From assembly GCA_013239625.1 (NCBI GenBank), contig MU053652.1, positions 2,978,001-3,042,000 of the forward strand: a stretch of 64,000 nucleotides of DNA, given 5' to 3'. The position numbers and the translations under genes were made by a program. Below the pieces are notes generated by a model. The model was not told the origin of the DNA and did no database searches. It saw nothing but the letters and a program-made list of their open reading frames with translations. The DNA is from Lama guanicoe (Eukaryota). Shown piece by piece: positions 52,491 to 64,000 of this stretch (positions within the stretch are counted from its first letter, which is position 1; each line of letters opens with the position of its first letter).

Positions 52491-53689
52491 CAAAGCAGAT
52501 CACATCTTTACTCCTTCAGGAAGTCTCTTATTTAACCCCATCCCTCCTGATCTGGGCTAGGTGGCTTCACATTGTTATTTTTATTTCCAGACACAGTATA
52601 TCGTAATTCTTTGGTTTTCTCTCTTCTAGTCTCTTGAACTTTTTAGAAATGAAACTGTCTTTTATCTGTTCATCGCTAATACAGAACCTAATATAGAGCA
52701 GGTCCTCAATAAGTATTTGTTGACTGAGTGGATAAATAAGAAAAAAGGGCGGGGGTGGGGGATGGGGGTGGAATATACATAAAAGAATTTTAAAGTCCTT
52801 CTAGCACCACTAGAGGGAACCACATCCCCACCAAGATTATTCTTGGAGCTAATAGATTTTTTTTTTTTTAAATAAACAAGGCTGCTCAAATCTGAGAAAC
52901 CTTCCAGAAGGCATTATCAGGCTCACCCAAGGGGACTGAATTTAAACCATTCCTAACAGTGAGATGTATCTTCTATGATTAGATAGTCCCAAGATATCCC
53001 ATTTTATCCAAACTCATCATTAATATCTGCTCCATTCAGTCTGACACTGATCAAAAGCAGTTTTATTGGTGATCAAATTGTATCGTGTGTATTACCTTCA
53101 TAACAAGAGAGTAAGCTCATGTTTAAACTCATTTCTCTCTCATTAGCCAAGCTCAGTTCTAATCAGTAAAGCTGTGCAAAAATATTTTTGAAATTGCATT
53201 ATAAGGTTAACATTCTCCCTTAAATCATGTGTCACTCCAAGAAAATCTAATACGCCAAATTCTAAATGTACAAAACACAAAAATCATGTGCTCGTATGAA
53301 CACACTAAGATTTATAGGCGATTTCAACACAAAATTACAGTATAAATCCTCTCCTGATGCACTTAAAATATGATCGTGTTTTTGGAATTAAAGTGGCAGC
53401 CACTTTTATAAGGGACAGTTATGACTTAAATAGTGACAGGCTGTTGCTGATGAGACTTTAAGGGCAGACAAGCCCAGTCAAGGTGGGCAGAGGCACTTGC
53501 AGAGGAAGGCATAACTGGAATGTGTTTGATGTTTTGAAAAATAGAAAAAAACAGAAGCAACGGTGAGAGTTCTGCGTAGTTGCAGAGCTGCTGTGTCGTG
53601 GAGGCTGTGAGATGTACAGACAGAAAGTGCAGAGTGTGCAGTGGCTTCTCAGACTGTCTCCAGCAGTGCCCGTGAGAGGCACGGTGACT

Positions 53690-53905
53690 GCCAGAACTCA
53701 AGTCTCAGCTCCACCCTCGCTAGTCTGTGTGACCTTGAATAATCTACTCAACCTCTTGATGCCTCTGTTACTTCCATGTGCAAAATGGGGGTGATCATTA
53801 GAACCTACTGCTAGGATTCTCATGAAGATTAAATGAGACAATATGTGAAAAGTGCTTGGAATAGTAGCTGGTACATAGAAAAGGCACAAAATATTCACTA
53901 TCACT
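53690..53905 (+). mobile_element. MIR SINE
   Basis: ctgtgtgaccttgaa...catgtgcaaaatggggg...gaagattaaatgagacaat. Confidence 0.85.
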
Positions 53906-54347
53906 CGTAAGCTCATTCAACAAATGACACAGAAAATTTTCAACAAATTATGCCTGGCATGGAAGAGGCACTAGGTAAGTGTAGGCTGTGATTATATGAC
54001 AGAAGAGCCCTAGATAGCTCATAAGTGTTTCGATCCTCATGGAAGGTGTGTTTCCATCACACGTATGTGGTCGTGAGACTGCACTGTCGCTTGATAACAG
54101 CGGCTGTGATGATTACACTGGTTCCTCTATTCTGAGTCATTTCCATAAGGAACCTTCTGATAGTACATTAGCATTCTACGTAAACATTTTCCTAAGGAGA
54201 AGATGTACTGGGGAGCTGGCACTTATGTAACTCGTATGCCATACTTAATTAGTTTAGGATACAATAAGGGTACATTCCCTTTAATGTTCAATTTGGAGAG
54301 GCTCTAAGCCCCTTCCTGACCAAATTAACAGGAATTAATGCTTTCTA

Positions 54348-54492
54348 GGGGGAGGGAAGAGTGCCTGCTTCACATGCACGAGGTCCTGGGTTCAATCCCC
54401 AGTAGCTCCATCAAAATGTAAATAAATAAATAAACCTAATCCCCCCACAAAAAAAGGAAGAATTTTTTTTAATGTGCAAAAAAAAAAAAAAG
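54348..54492 (+). mobile_element. tRNA-Ala-derived SINE (vic-1-like) lacking its A-box
   Basis: gggggagggaagagtgcctgcttcacatgcacgaggtcctgggttcaatccccagtagctcca, AAAT repeats, poly(A); imperfect flanks ctttctaggg (54341-54350) and ctttccaggg (54494-54503). Confidence 0.85.
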
Positions 54493-54537
54493 ACTTTCCA
54501 GGGATGTCTCCCCATAAATATTCTTACGGAAAGAGGG

Positions 54538-54830
54538 TTCATTCAATTCAATCAACAAGAATTTGTTAAGCACCTGCTGTGTGGTAGGCACTATTGAAGG
54601 ATGTAGTAAAGCAGTGAACAAAACAGCCCTTCAGCATCCCTGATTTCATGGGGCTTACATTCTAGTGGAGGAAACAAATAATTAAGGAGTGAGTTACATA
54701 ACATCATAGCTGGCTAGTGATGAGCACTGAGGAGAAAAATAAAGCAAGCAAATGGGATCTGTATGGGAGGTGGGGGTGGAGGTGATGCAGTTTTAGACAG
54801 AGAGGCTGGGAAGTCAGGTCCTAAAGGAGA
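54538..54830 (-). mobile_element. L2 3' end
   Basis: ttcattcaattcaatcaacaagaatttgttaagcacctgctgtgtggtaggcact...gcttacattctagtggagg. Confidence 0.8.
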
Positions 54831-55361
54831 GGAGGGTGGCATCCATTGGTCCAAGGGCCAGTTAACCTTCTAACTCACCCGCTGTGAACTTCAGGGGTTC
54901 AGATGTTCCCTGATCTGGGTCTCCACAGTTGCTCACATCAGGCCATCTCTCCTGCTGAACTCAGGCATCAGCGATACCCGTGACTACCAGGATCACTTCT
55001 CCCACATGCAGATGTATTCTCTTAGTCCTGGAAGTCCTCACACCCTGCATCCCCTGCTACTGTTGCAACTGACAGACGATGGGGGCCAGTGGACCTGCCT
55101 TCCACATCCTCCACAGGGCGGGAGTGGCTTATCCTCCACCCTCCACCTCTCTGGCCTCTTCATACCTCTCAGTTGGGCCCAGTAATCACAGAATATCCCT
55201 CCCTCTCTCGCTTTCAGCCACAGAACTAGCCACAGGCAGAAGAGTCTTCCTGGCCTGAAGAGATAATCCCCAGATAAAATACTCCAACACTGATCTGACT
55301 CCTAAAGTCTGAGAGCCATCCGTCTCAGGTGTAGGCCCCTTCTTATAAGAGGATTCTGATC

Positions 55362-55538
55362 CTGAGGTCAGCCAACTTTTTCTGTAAAGGGCCAGGTAGT
55401 AAATTAAATATTTTAGGTTTGTGAGCCACATAGGTTTCCATCCCATATTCTTATTTTTGTCTTACAATCAATCCACTAAAAATCTTTTTTTTTTTAAGTT
55501 CCTAGTTCATGGGCTGTACATAGTTTTGGCAACCCCTG
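55362..55538. mobile_element. hAT-Charlie MITE (MER58-like)
   Basis: ggtcagccaactttttctgtaaagggccagg...aaatattttagg and terminal tagttttggcaacccctg. Confidence 0.75.
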
Positions 55539-56149
55539 TTCCAATCCATTTGTTGTTTGCCAATGTTAAAATTAATAGATATTCCCCAGGTTTTATAAAT
55601 CAGTCTTTTGATGATTTATTTCTGTTGGTTCATTCAACATTAATAGAATACAATTATCTGCTGCATCAGATAATATATCATTTGTAAGGCCTGATACATG
55701 GCAGGCATTCACTTTGTTGCAGGGTGTGGGAAAAATGTATTATTTAAAGGGCAGGTACCAGAAATCCTCTTGAGTAGACAACTGTCTTCTTTGAGAAGAC
55801 CTTGAGAGATGACCTTGGATGTGGAGGGTGACACTCCACAGGCAGGGTGGGCGGGAGACTGTGATACAGAGTTACACCGCTCTGCAGGAGACATTAATGA
55901 GCAAATGAACATTGGGGAGAATAGCAGATTGGAGGATAAACAGAGGAGGAAAATCAACGCTGAACAACACGTGAGGTGACTGAAGCCCATGAGGAAATGT
56001 GGACTGAGACACAGTCCTGTGGCAGAGTGGCTAAAAGACTTTTTTTTTTTTTTTCAATCAGCTTTTTCAGTCAACTCCAGTTGGCGGTTTTTTCTTTCTT
56101 CTTCACAAGCAAGAATGTGGCTGACTTCAAAACAGTAGGATTTACTTGA

Positions 56150-56395
56150 GATCTGGGCTCAGAAGGCAGGGCTGGTGATCTAGCTGGCCTGCCACTCCGG
56201 AGGTCGGCAGTAGCTGCTCTCACTTCAGACCCCAAGTACAGAAAGCCAACTTCTTACAAGCCTGGCTTGGTAGAGGACACCCAAACGGCTGCTTCCATTG
56301 GGGGAGGGGTAACTCCCCAGAGCAGATCAGGGTACCATGGCCAGGAACATGGGGACTGCTGGACAGGCCAAACAGCAGATGTCTGTTCCACCTGC
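56150..56395 (-). mobile_element. Old MaLR LTR (MLT1K-like) fragment
   Basis: ctggacaggccaaacagcagatgtc resembles the reverse complement of an MLT1K-type start. Confidence 0.5.
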
Positions 56396-56917
56396 ATCTC
56401 CTGTGAGTGTTACTTGAGGAATGAGGAAAGGGCACTGAGACCCCTGTTCTGGTCGTGTGCTGGGGGAAGGAGGGAACAGCCACACAAGGTGAAAGCTCAG
56501 TGGAGACAGGAGCTCAGAGCCAAAGGTGACCCTGAGAAATGAGCCCCTAAAATTTACATAAATCCTAGGGAGGCCATTGGAATTTCCCCAGGATGTTGGA
56601 AGGGGCTTGAACCAAATTTATGAAAAATCTAGATTGTATATTATTTCCCTCACACCATCCCTTAACTTGTGGCTCCACTGAGCTTGTGAGATTAAGGATC
56701 AGACTTGACAGGACAGGGACAGGGACGGCACCTCCAAGGTCATTGCCTGAGCAGCCAACCAGCTCCTCCTGTTTAAATATTAAAAAGGGTCCATTTTTTA
56801 ACAATCCTTGTATCAGAAAGTCCTTCAATACATGGATCCTAGGATTTGGAATTAATAAAGCATCTTTTGAGATCTTTCATTCACTTACTTTATTTATCTA
56901 CTCATTGGGATTCTAAG

Positions 56918-57112
56918 CTAGAGGTTCTTAAAGTGTGGTTCCTAGACCACAGCATCACTATCAACTTGGGAACTTGTTAAAAATGCTAATTCTAAGACCC
57001 ATCCCCAATCTACTGAGTCAGAAATTCGGGGGTGGGGGGAAGTAGGGCAAGCAATCAGTATTTAACAAGCCCTCCAGGTGCTTTTGGTACAGGCTGAACT
57101 TTGAAAACCGCA
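56918..57112. mobile_element. MER5A hAT MITE
   Basis: ggttcttaaagtgtggttcc...gggaacttgttaaaaatgc...tactgagtcagaaa...tttaacaagccctccaggtg. Confidence 0.85.
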
Positions 57113-58479
57113 ATTCTATGGGGTTTGCCCAAAGTTGCAGACAGCTAGTGAAAGAGCCAAGAGAAGATTTCCAGTCCATGTATCTTTTGTGTCTCGTTCA
57201 AATCTCTCAACTGAAATTTGGTCATGGGGGAAGTAGTAATGCACTAAGTAGTAATACTTCATTGCAATTAACCCTGCATCTGTGCCCCAGAGTAGTAGAT
57301 TTTGACATTCTATGTCATTGTTGCAAAGATTTATTTTTCCTTGTTTTCTCAAAGTCAACCCTGATTTATTTCCTCTGAGGTTATGATGGAGGACATCAGT
57401 CATGTCCAATTTCTTCCCCAACCACTCTCTTGCCAATAACTTTGATTCCCCTGCCCCTACTGATATGAGTTCTAGGACACGTCTTAAATTTCAGTGCTTC
57501 AAGGTCACTCAGAGAAGGACCTGGGAATATTTTCTGGCCTCATGATGCTGCCCAGCTTCATGGAAGAGGCTATGTACCACCTCAAGCTTAGTCCAAAGGA
57601 GTACATGTTGACCTAGGCTTAGGTCAGTTGAGTCATTTCTTCCATTGCAACATTTTCTCAATTTTCTCCTAGTTTATTCCTTTCCCAGCAAAATAACAAC
57701 CCAATCCCCATGAGAAGCTATAAAGATGTTACAGGAGAGACAGAAAGAACAAGCCTTCCAATGGGACCTCCAAGACCAATGCAGATATTTGTCCTCAAAG
57801 GAATCCAGTTATCTTGTTCTTGCTGGATTTGGCCATCTTGTGACATACAACTTTCCCATGATCACCTAACTGCTTCTAGGTCAATCTGGGCCTTCCTAAT
57901 ATCTTGGCACCCCTCAGGGGATATTCCACAACATCAATAATGGCACCAAATCCCCAAATCACATAAATCATAGGGCAAAAGTGATGGCTCACTGTGGCAG
58001 ATACTAGTCTCAGGAAGAGTGATTACAAGCTCTCACCAGCCATCCCTGTCAAGAGAATCAAGAAATCCAGGCTGCTAAAAGACGAAGAAACAAAGAAATA
58101 CGAGCCAATGCTGGTTTAAAGACAGAGCTGTCCAACCCCCAGGCTGAACACCCAATAATGTGTCCTTGCGTCTGGTCAAGTGTCCTGTTTCAGGACCACT
58201 TCCCAGCCTGTTGTCCTTCCTCCAGGCCACGCCTGCAAGGGACAGCCCTGACAGTCTTTTTTCTCCTTTCTGTAAAATTTTAAAACAAAACTGAACTCAT
58301 AGTATTTACAGTGTATGTTTTTTCCCTTTGCAATTTATCTATGTTTTCATGTCACTGTTATTTTTCTACATGGGCAATTTATTGCCCGTGTAGAGTTTCA
58401 CTATAAATAAACAGCTACTGTCATGTAACCAACTAATTCTCTATTTGTAGGCACTGATAGTCTTGACTGTATTAACTTC

Positions 58480-58671
58480 ACAGCGCATTCCATCATATGT
58501 CAGTATAAAATTAATTATATTTATTCCACTTAATATTCTGGTCCTGAATCCTGTTGTGTATGATTTTATATTCTTAGCACATGTAGTTGGGTTCCCTTTG
58601 GTTGCACTTGTCTCTGATATTTTTGTCCATCCCCTTACTTCTCAACTTTCTCTGTCATTTGCACTTTGTGT

Positions 58672-58711
<40 letters not shown>

Positions 58712-61700
58712 ATATATACATAAATTAAATGATATATATTCATTGTATAAACAGCTTATGGCTGAGTTTCTTTTTCTCCACTTATCAAAAGTCTTTTGTC
58801 TTTTGATAGAGATTTTAAAGCCATTCACATCTATCATGACAAAAGTTTTACGTTTGTTCTGTCAGTTTATTTTATAGTTTTTATTTTTAATGCTTCCTCG
58901 TCCTTTTTTTCCCCTCCCTATAGTAACAAGTTTACTTCTTTCCCATTCATGATTTGGAAACTATATACCTTTGTATTTTCTACTTGGGCTTACTTAGTTT
59001 AAAATGTATAAATATATTTGAATTATACCACTTTGTTTCATTACTTTTTAAAAAAATGATACAAGTAAAACATGGACACATTTGCATTTTGCAAATTTAA
59101 AGAAGACCGAAGTATGTAAAAAGAAAAGCAAGCTTCCCCAGTCTCATTGCTCTCCCCACAGAGAACCACTGCCCTGACTTCGATGTATTTTCCTCCAGAC
59201 CTTTCTCTGTGAGTGTGTTTATGTGAGTACAGATACGCAGATTTTTAAAAAACACAAATAGGATCAATACACATTGATTACTACTTGCTTTTTCACTTAA
59301 TAATGCATTTCTTTGTAAATAATACACAGTGCTATATCAGTACTTACGTGTGTCATTAGTTACAATAGTCCATTATATGGATTAACCTCATTCATTTAAT
59401 CACTCTTCTGACCATAGATGTTCACGTTGGTTCCTATTTTTCACAACTACAAACAAGGCTCTAATAAAAAAAATCTTTTATATACATCTTTGTGCACCTG
59501 TGGAAGTACTGCACAGTATCAGTACCTAGAAGTGAAACTTACAGAGTCAAAAATATGCACATGTAAGTTTTTGATAGCTCTGACTAAATTATCCTTCCAA
59601 ATGTACCTTTATGCACTCTAAAACACTCCATAGGAGTACCTGTGGCCTCACATTCTTACCAATGCTGGGTTTTAACAATCTTTAAAAGTTCTGCTTATCT
59701 GATGATTAAAAATGATATTGTAGTGCTGCTTTAATTCCTAGCTCACTGAGTGACAGAGAGGTGTGAATCTTTCCACTTTTATTGACCATTTGGTTCTTTC
59801 TGCAAACTCCCTGTACTTTACGCTGTACTTCATGTACTTTGCCCATTTGTCTGTTACATTATTTATCTTTTTTCATATTAATTTGTGGGTATTAATCCTT
59901 GGTCTGTTAAATACACTGAAAATCTATATTCACCGAGTCTGTAGCCTGATTTTTAAATTTGTTATGATGATGTTTTTCCTACAAAAATTTAATATTTTGT
60001 AGTAATCATATCTGTGAATCTTTTCTGTCAAAGCTCCTTGGTTTCATGTATTCCTGCTGTACTGCACAGAAGTTTTAAGAAATTCATACAGCCAGGTAAC
60101 CACAACCACAAAAAAGATACAGAACAGTTCTATAAACCCCCAAATTCATTCATGACTTTCCCATACCTAACCCGTCGCAATCATGGACCTATTTTCAAGG
60201 ATTTCTAATAGGAATGGAATCATAAAGTATGTAGCTTCTTATCTGAATTCTTTTACTTAGTATAATGCATATGGAATTCATCCATGTTGTTTGTCAGTAG
60301 TTAGTCCCTTTTACTGCTCAACAGTGCTCTATCGTATGGAATTACAGTCATCCCCGGGGGATTGGTTCCAGGACAACACCCCCCTGCCCGCTGCCAAAAT
60401 CTGAGGATGCTCAAGAACCTTATAGAAAATGGCATAACCTTTGTGTAAAACCTACACACATTCTCCCCTATACTTTAAATCACCTCTAGATTACTCATAA
60501 TACCTAATACAATGTAAATGTTACTGTAAATAGTTGCCAGCATGTGGCAATTCAAATTTTGTTTTTTGAAACTTTCTGGAATTTGTTTCTTGAATATTTT
60601 GGATTCTCAGTTGGTTGAATCCATGGATGTGGAACCCACAGGTACATGGGGCCAAATGTACCACAGTCTGCTGATCCATTCACCAGCCAAAGGACATCTG
60701 GGTTGCTTCTGGGTTTTGGCTATTACGAATGAAACCACTATGAACAGACACATAAAGGTTTTGGGGTGACTGTAAGTTTTCATCTCTCTTGGCTAAATAC
60801 CAGGAGAGGGATTGCTGGAGCTTATGGTAAGCGTATGCTTAACTATAGAAGCCATCGAACTGTCTTCCAAAGTGACTGAACTATTTCACATTCCCACTTC
60901 CAATGCAGGAGAGTTCCAGTTGCTCTGCACTTAGCATTGTCAGGTTTTTAAAACATTCTAGTAAGTGTATAGCTGCACCTTGCTGTGGTTTTAACTTGCA
61001 TTTTCCTAACAACTGCATCTTTGGTGTATTTCTTTGCCATACATATTCCGTATGTCTTCTTTGGTGAAATGTCTTCTTAAATCTTTTGTCTATTTAAAAA
61101 ACTGGGTTACTTATTTTTTTAATTGAATTTTAAATGTTCTTTGTATTTTTTCAATACAAGTCTTTTTGTCAAAGATGTAATGTGCAAATATTTCTCCCAG
61201 TCTGTGGCTTGTTTTCTCATTCTTTTAATAGTATCTCTGTATAGAAATTTTTAATTTTGATGAAGTCCAGTTTACAATTTTTTTTTCTCATGGCTTTTGT
61301 TTTTGGTATTGTATATGAGAAATCTTTGCCTAAGCCAAGTTCACAACGATTTTGTTTTTCTAGAAATCTTATGATTTTGGATTTTATAATTTAGGTCTAC
61401 AATCAATTTTTAGTTAGTCTTGTATAAAGTGAAAGGTCTGGATTGAGGTTCAGTTTTTGCTTATGGGCTTAATTGTTTGAGGACCAATCATTGAAAATTC
61501 TATTCTCCCCACCTTGAACTGTGTTTGCAACTCTGTCAAAAACCCAGTTGGCCAATTTGATCTATTTCTTGAATCTCTCTTCAGTTGCATTAATCCTGTG
61601 TCTCTGTTTTCACTAGTACCACACTCTCCCAATCACTATAGTTTCATAACTCTTAAAATCAGAGAGTTACGAGTTTTTCAACTTTGTTCTCCTGTACCAA

Positions 61701-64000
61701 AACTGTTTTGGTTATTATAGTTCCTTTGTCTTTCTCTATCAATTTTATACAATATCTAACAAAAATAATAATCCTACTGGGATTTTGATTAGGGTCGCAT
61801 TGAACCTGTATGTCAGTTTGGGGACAATTAACCTTTCCCATGTTGAGCCCCTCAACCCATGAAGAGAGTATCTCTCTCCATTTATGCAGGTATTTTCTGT
61901 CTTTCATCAGCATTTTATAGTTTTAAGTATACAGAAAATGTATATTTTGTTAAATGTATTAGACGTATATAAATATTTGGGGGATTATGAAAATGGTAAT
62001 GTTTTTGGTGGTAAATAATACTTTTTAACATTTTTCTGATTTTTATTTTTCATTGTTAATATACAGAAATACGATTGATTTTTATATACTGATTTTATAT
62101 CCTGCAACCTTACTAAAATTGCTAGGTCGTTCTAGTAACTTTTTGGTAGAATTTTCTAAAGAAACAATCATGTCTGAAAATAGTTTCATTTTTTCCTTTC
62201 CAAGCTGTATGCTTTATCATGCCTTATTGCGCTAGCTAAATCCTCCATAGTAATGCTAGATAGAAGTGGGAGAGTGAGCATCCTTGGTTTGTTTCCTATC
62301 TCAGGAAAATCATTTGGTCTCTCATCATTAAGCGCAGTGTAGGTTTTTCTGCAGATGCCTTTCATCCAATTAAGGACATTCCTTTCTATTGCTAGTTTTC
62401 TAAGAGTTTTTAATCACCAGTGGATTTTGAATTTTGTGATGTACTCATTCTACATCTGTTGAGATTATTATCCCAGTAATTTTAATTTTATTTTTATGCT
62501 CTCATCTATAATCCACTTAGAATTTATTTTTTATATTGTATGTGGAAGTGATTGGACTTTATTTTGCCCCAAATGATTAGCTAATTATTGAAACCCTTTA
62601 ATAAACTGTCTCTCATTTCCCCACTCGTTTGAAATGTCACTTTTGTCATACATTGAATTCTCATAAATAAGCAGCTCTGTTTCTGGACCACCTCTTTTAT
62701 TCCGTGAATTTATTGCTAATCTATGCCAAATCAATTACTAAACTTGATGGTATGTTTTAGTATCTGCTAGAAAAATGTTATTCCTGCTGCTGTCTCTTCC
62801 AGATGAATGTGAATCCATTTACCAAATTCCATACAGAAACCTGTTAATACGTTGTTTGGGATAGCATTAAATTTATAAATTTGGGGGAATCATTTTTATT
62901 GTATAGCACTGAGTTTTTCTGTTAAGAAACAGATGTATTTCTCCATTTATTCACTTCAATTCTCCTATATATTTTCCTTCATAAAGATCTTTATATAGTC
63001 ACCTTATGAATATCTTACTAGTTCTAAAGTTTCTCAGACATGTTTCTTGGAGTTTCTATGTAGATGGAAATCATTTGCCAAATGTGACCATTTAACATCT
63101 CCCTTTCCAACATTTATGTATCTTATTTCTTGCCCCACCTCCTTTTTCATTATGTCATCGAACAGACATCAAAGTCAATGCTAAGTGGTAATGGTAGGCA
63201 CTACACCTGTATTGTTCCTCATTTTAATGGGAATGCTTCCAGTATTTCATGAATTAAGCATTGTTCGTTGTAGATTTTTGGTAGAGACACTTTTTCAAAT
63301 GTAGGACTCTTTCTTCTATGACCTATTTACCAAGATCTGCTTTTTAAACTAGGAGTGTATATTGCATTTTATCACTCTTTTTTTTTTTTTTTGGCACCTG
63401 TGAGGTAATCACCTTTTTTTTTTTTCTCTTCAGGGAATACAATGAATTGTATTAATGTATTTTTTCCTTTCCTACCACTCTTCCTCTCCTGGGATAAGCT
63501 CAATTTGTGCATAAGGCAGCATTCAGTTAATACCCTGCTAAATTTGAAATGCTAACAGTTTGTTTAGAAATTTATAAATGAGATGAACATTTTTTCTTTC
63601 AGTCCTATATTCATCTGATTTCAGAACTAGGGTAAAATCTGCCTCTTGGATGAACTGGAAAGCTTTCAGTCTGTTTTATGTGATAGAACCACTTCTATAA
63701 CATGGAAATACCTGCTCCTTCATTTTGGTAGCGTTAGATTGCCAAAATACTTGGGTCTGGTGCTTTTTGGAGGGGGGAGGGGGAAGATTTTAAATTATTT
63801 TTCCATTTATTTTAGGGGATGGTTCATCGGTTTTCTCCTTCTTATTGAACTAAGTTTGGTGATTTGTACTTTTACAGATCAAACATCTCATCTTAATTTT
63901 AAGTTGCATCTATTTAAAATTGTACATAGCAATCATTCAGCTTTTTCCATATTTCTTTTTCCTTACATTATTTACATCTTCTTTTTTTCCCTTAATCTGA
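58480..64000 (-). mobile_element. Nested old antisense L1s (L1ME-like host with an L1MB/MC-like copy at about 60050-62470)
   Basis: T-rich antisense L1 motifs throughout, e.g. atacagaaatacgattgatttttatatactgattttatatcctgcaacctt; ORF 61659-61913 (minus) has ORF2-like HKWREILSSW. Confidence 0.8.
60345..60658. mobile_element. Tigger-derived MITE (MER2-like) inserted in L1
   Basis: TA|cagtcatccc...ggattggttccaggac...ttggttgaatccatggatgtggaaccca...aatg|TA with TA target duplication at 60343-60344 and 60659-60660. Confidence 0.85.

Noticed and set aside
53426..53701. Overlapping ORFs with possible splice sites
   Set aside because: No recognisable peptide, splice-like signals fall on conflicting strands, and the region borders a MIR.

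Overview
Mammalian non-coding DNA (intergenic or deep intronic) dominated by retrotransposons. It is most likely from a camelid (alpaca, llama or camel), inferred from three tRNA-Ala-like SINEs resembling vic-1 and the absence of recognisable Alu, B1/B2, Bov-tA or Can-SINE copies. No host protein-coding gene is recognisable. The longer ORFs with identifiable products are broken LINE-1 ORF1/ORF2 pieces. The window holds L1s of many ages, MaLR/ERV-L solo LTRs, L2, MIR, hAT and Tc/mariner relics and microsatellites, with short unique stretches at about 0-1.9, 9.3-12, 41-44 and 52.9-58.4 kb. The clearest mechanistic observations are a tailless 5S rRNA retropseudogene with a perfect target-site duplication (35100), a twin-primed 5'-inverted L1 with a 14-bp TSD (31083-33470), two L1s that keep their 5' UTR but have large internal deletions, a three-level MLT>L1>SINE nest, a probable short L1 3' transduction, a possible SINE/L1-tail chimera and one unassigned exon-like segment (836-1089). 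I found no convincing evidence of a previously undescribed biological system. Repeat family names come from recalled consensus sequences, not a database search, and boundaries without a TSD are approximate.
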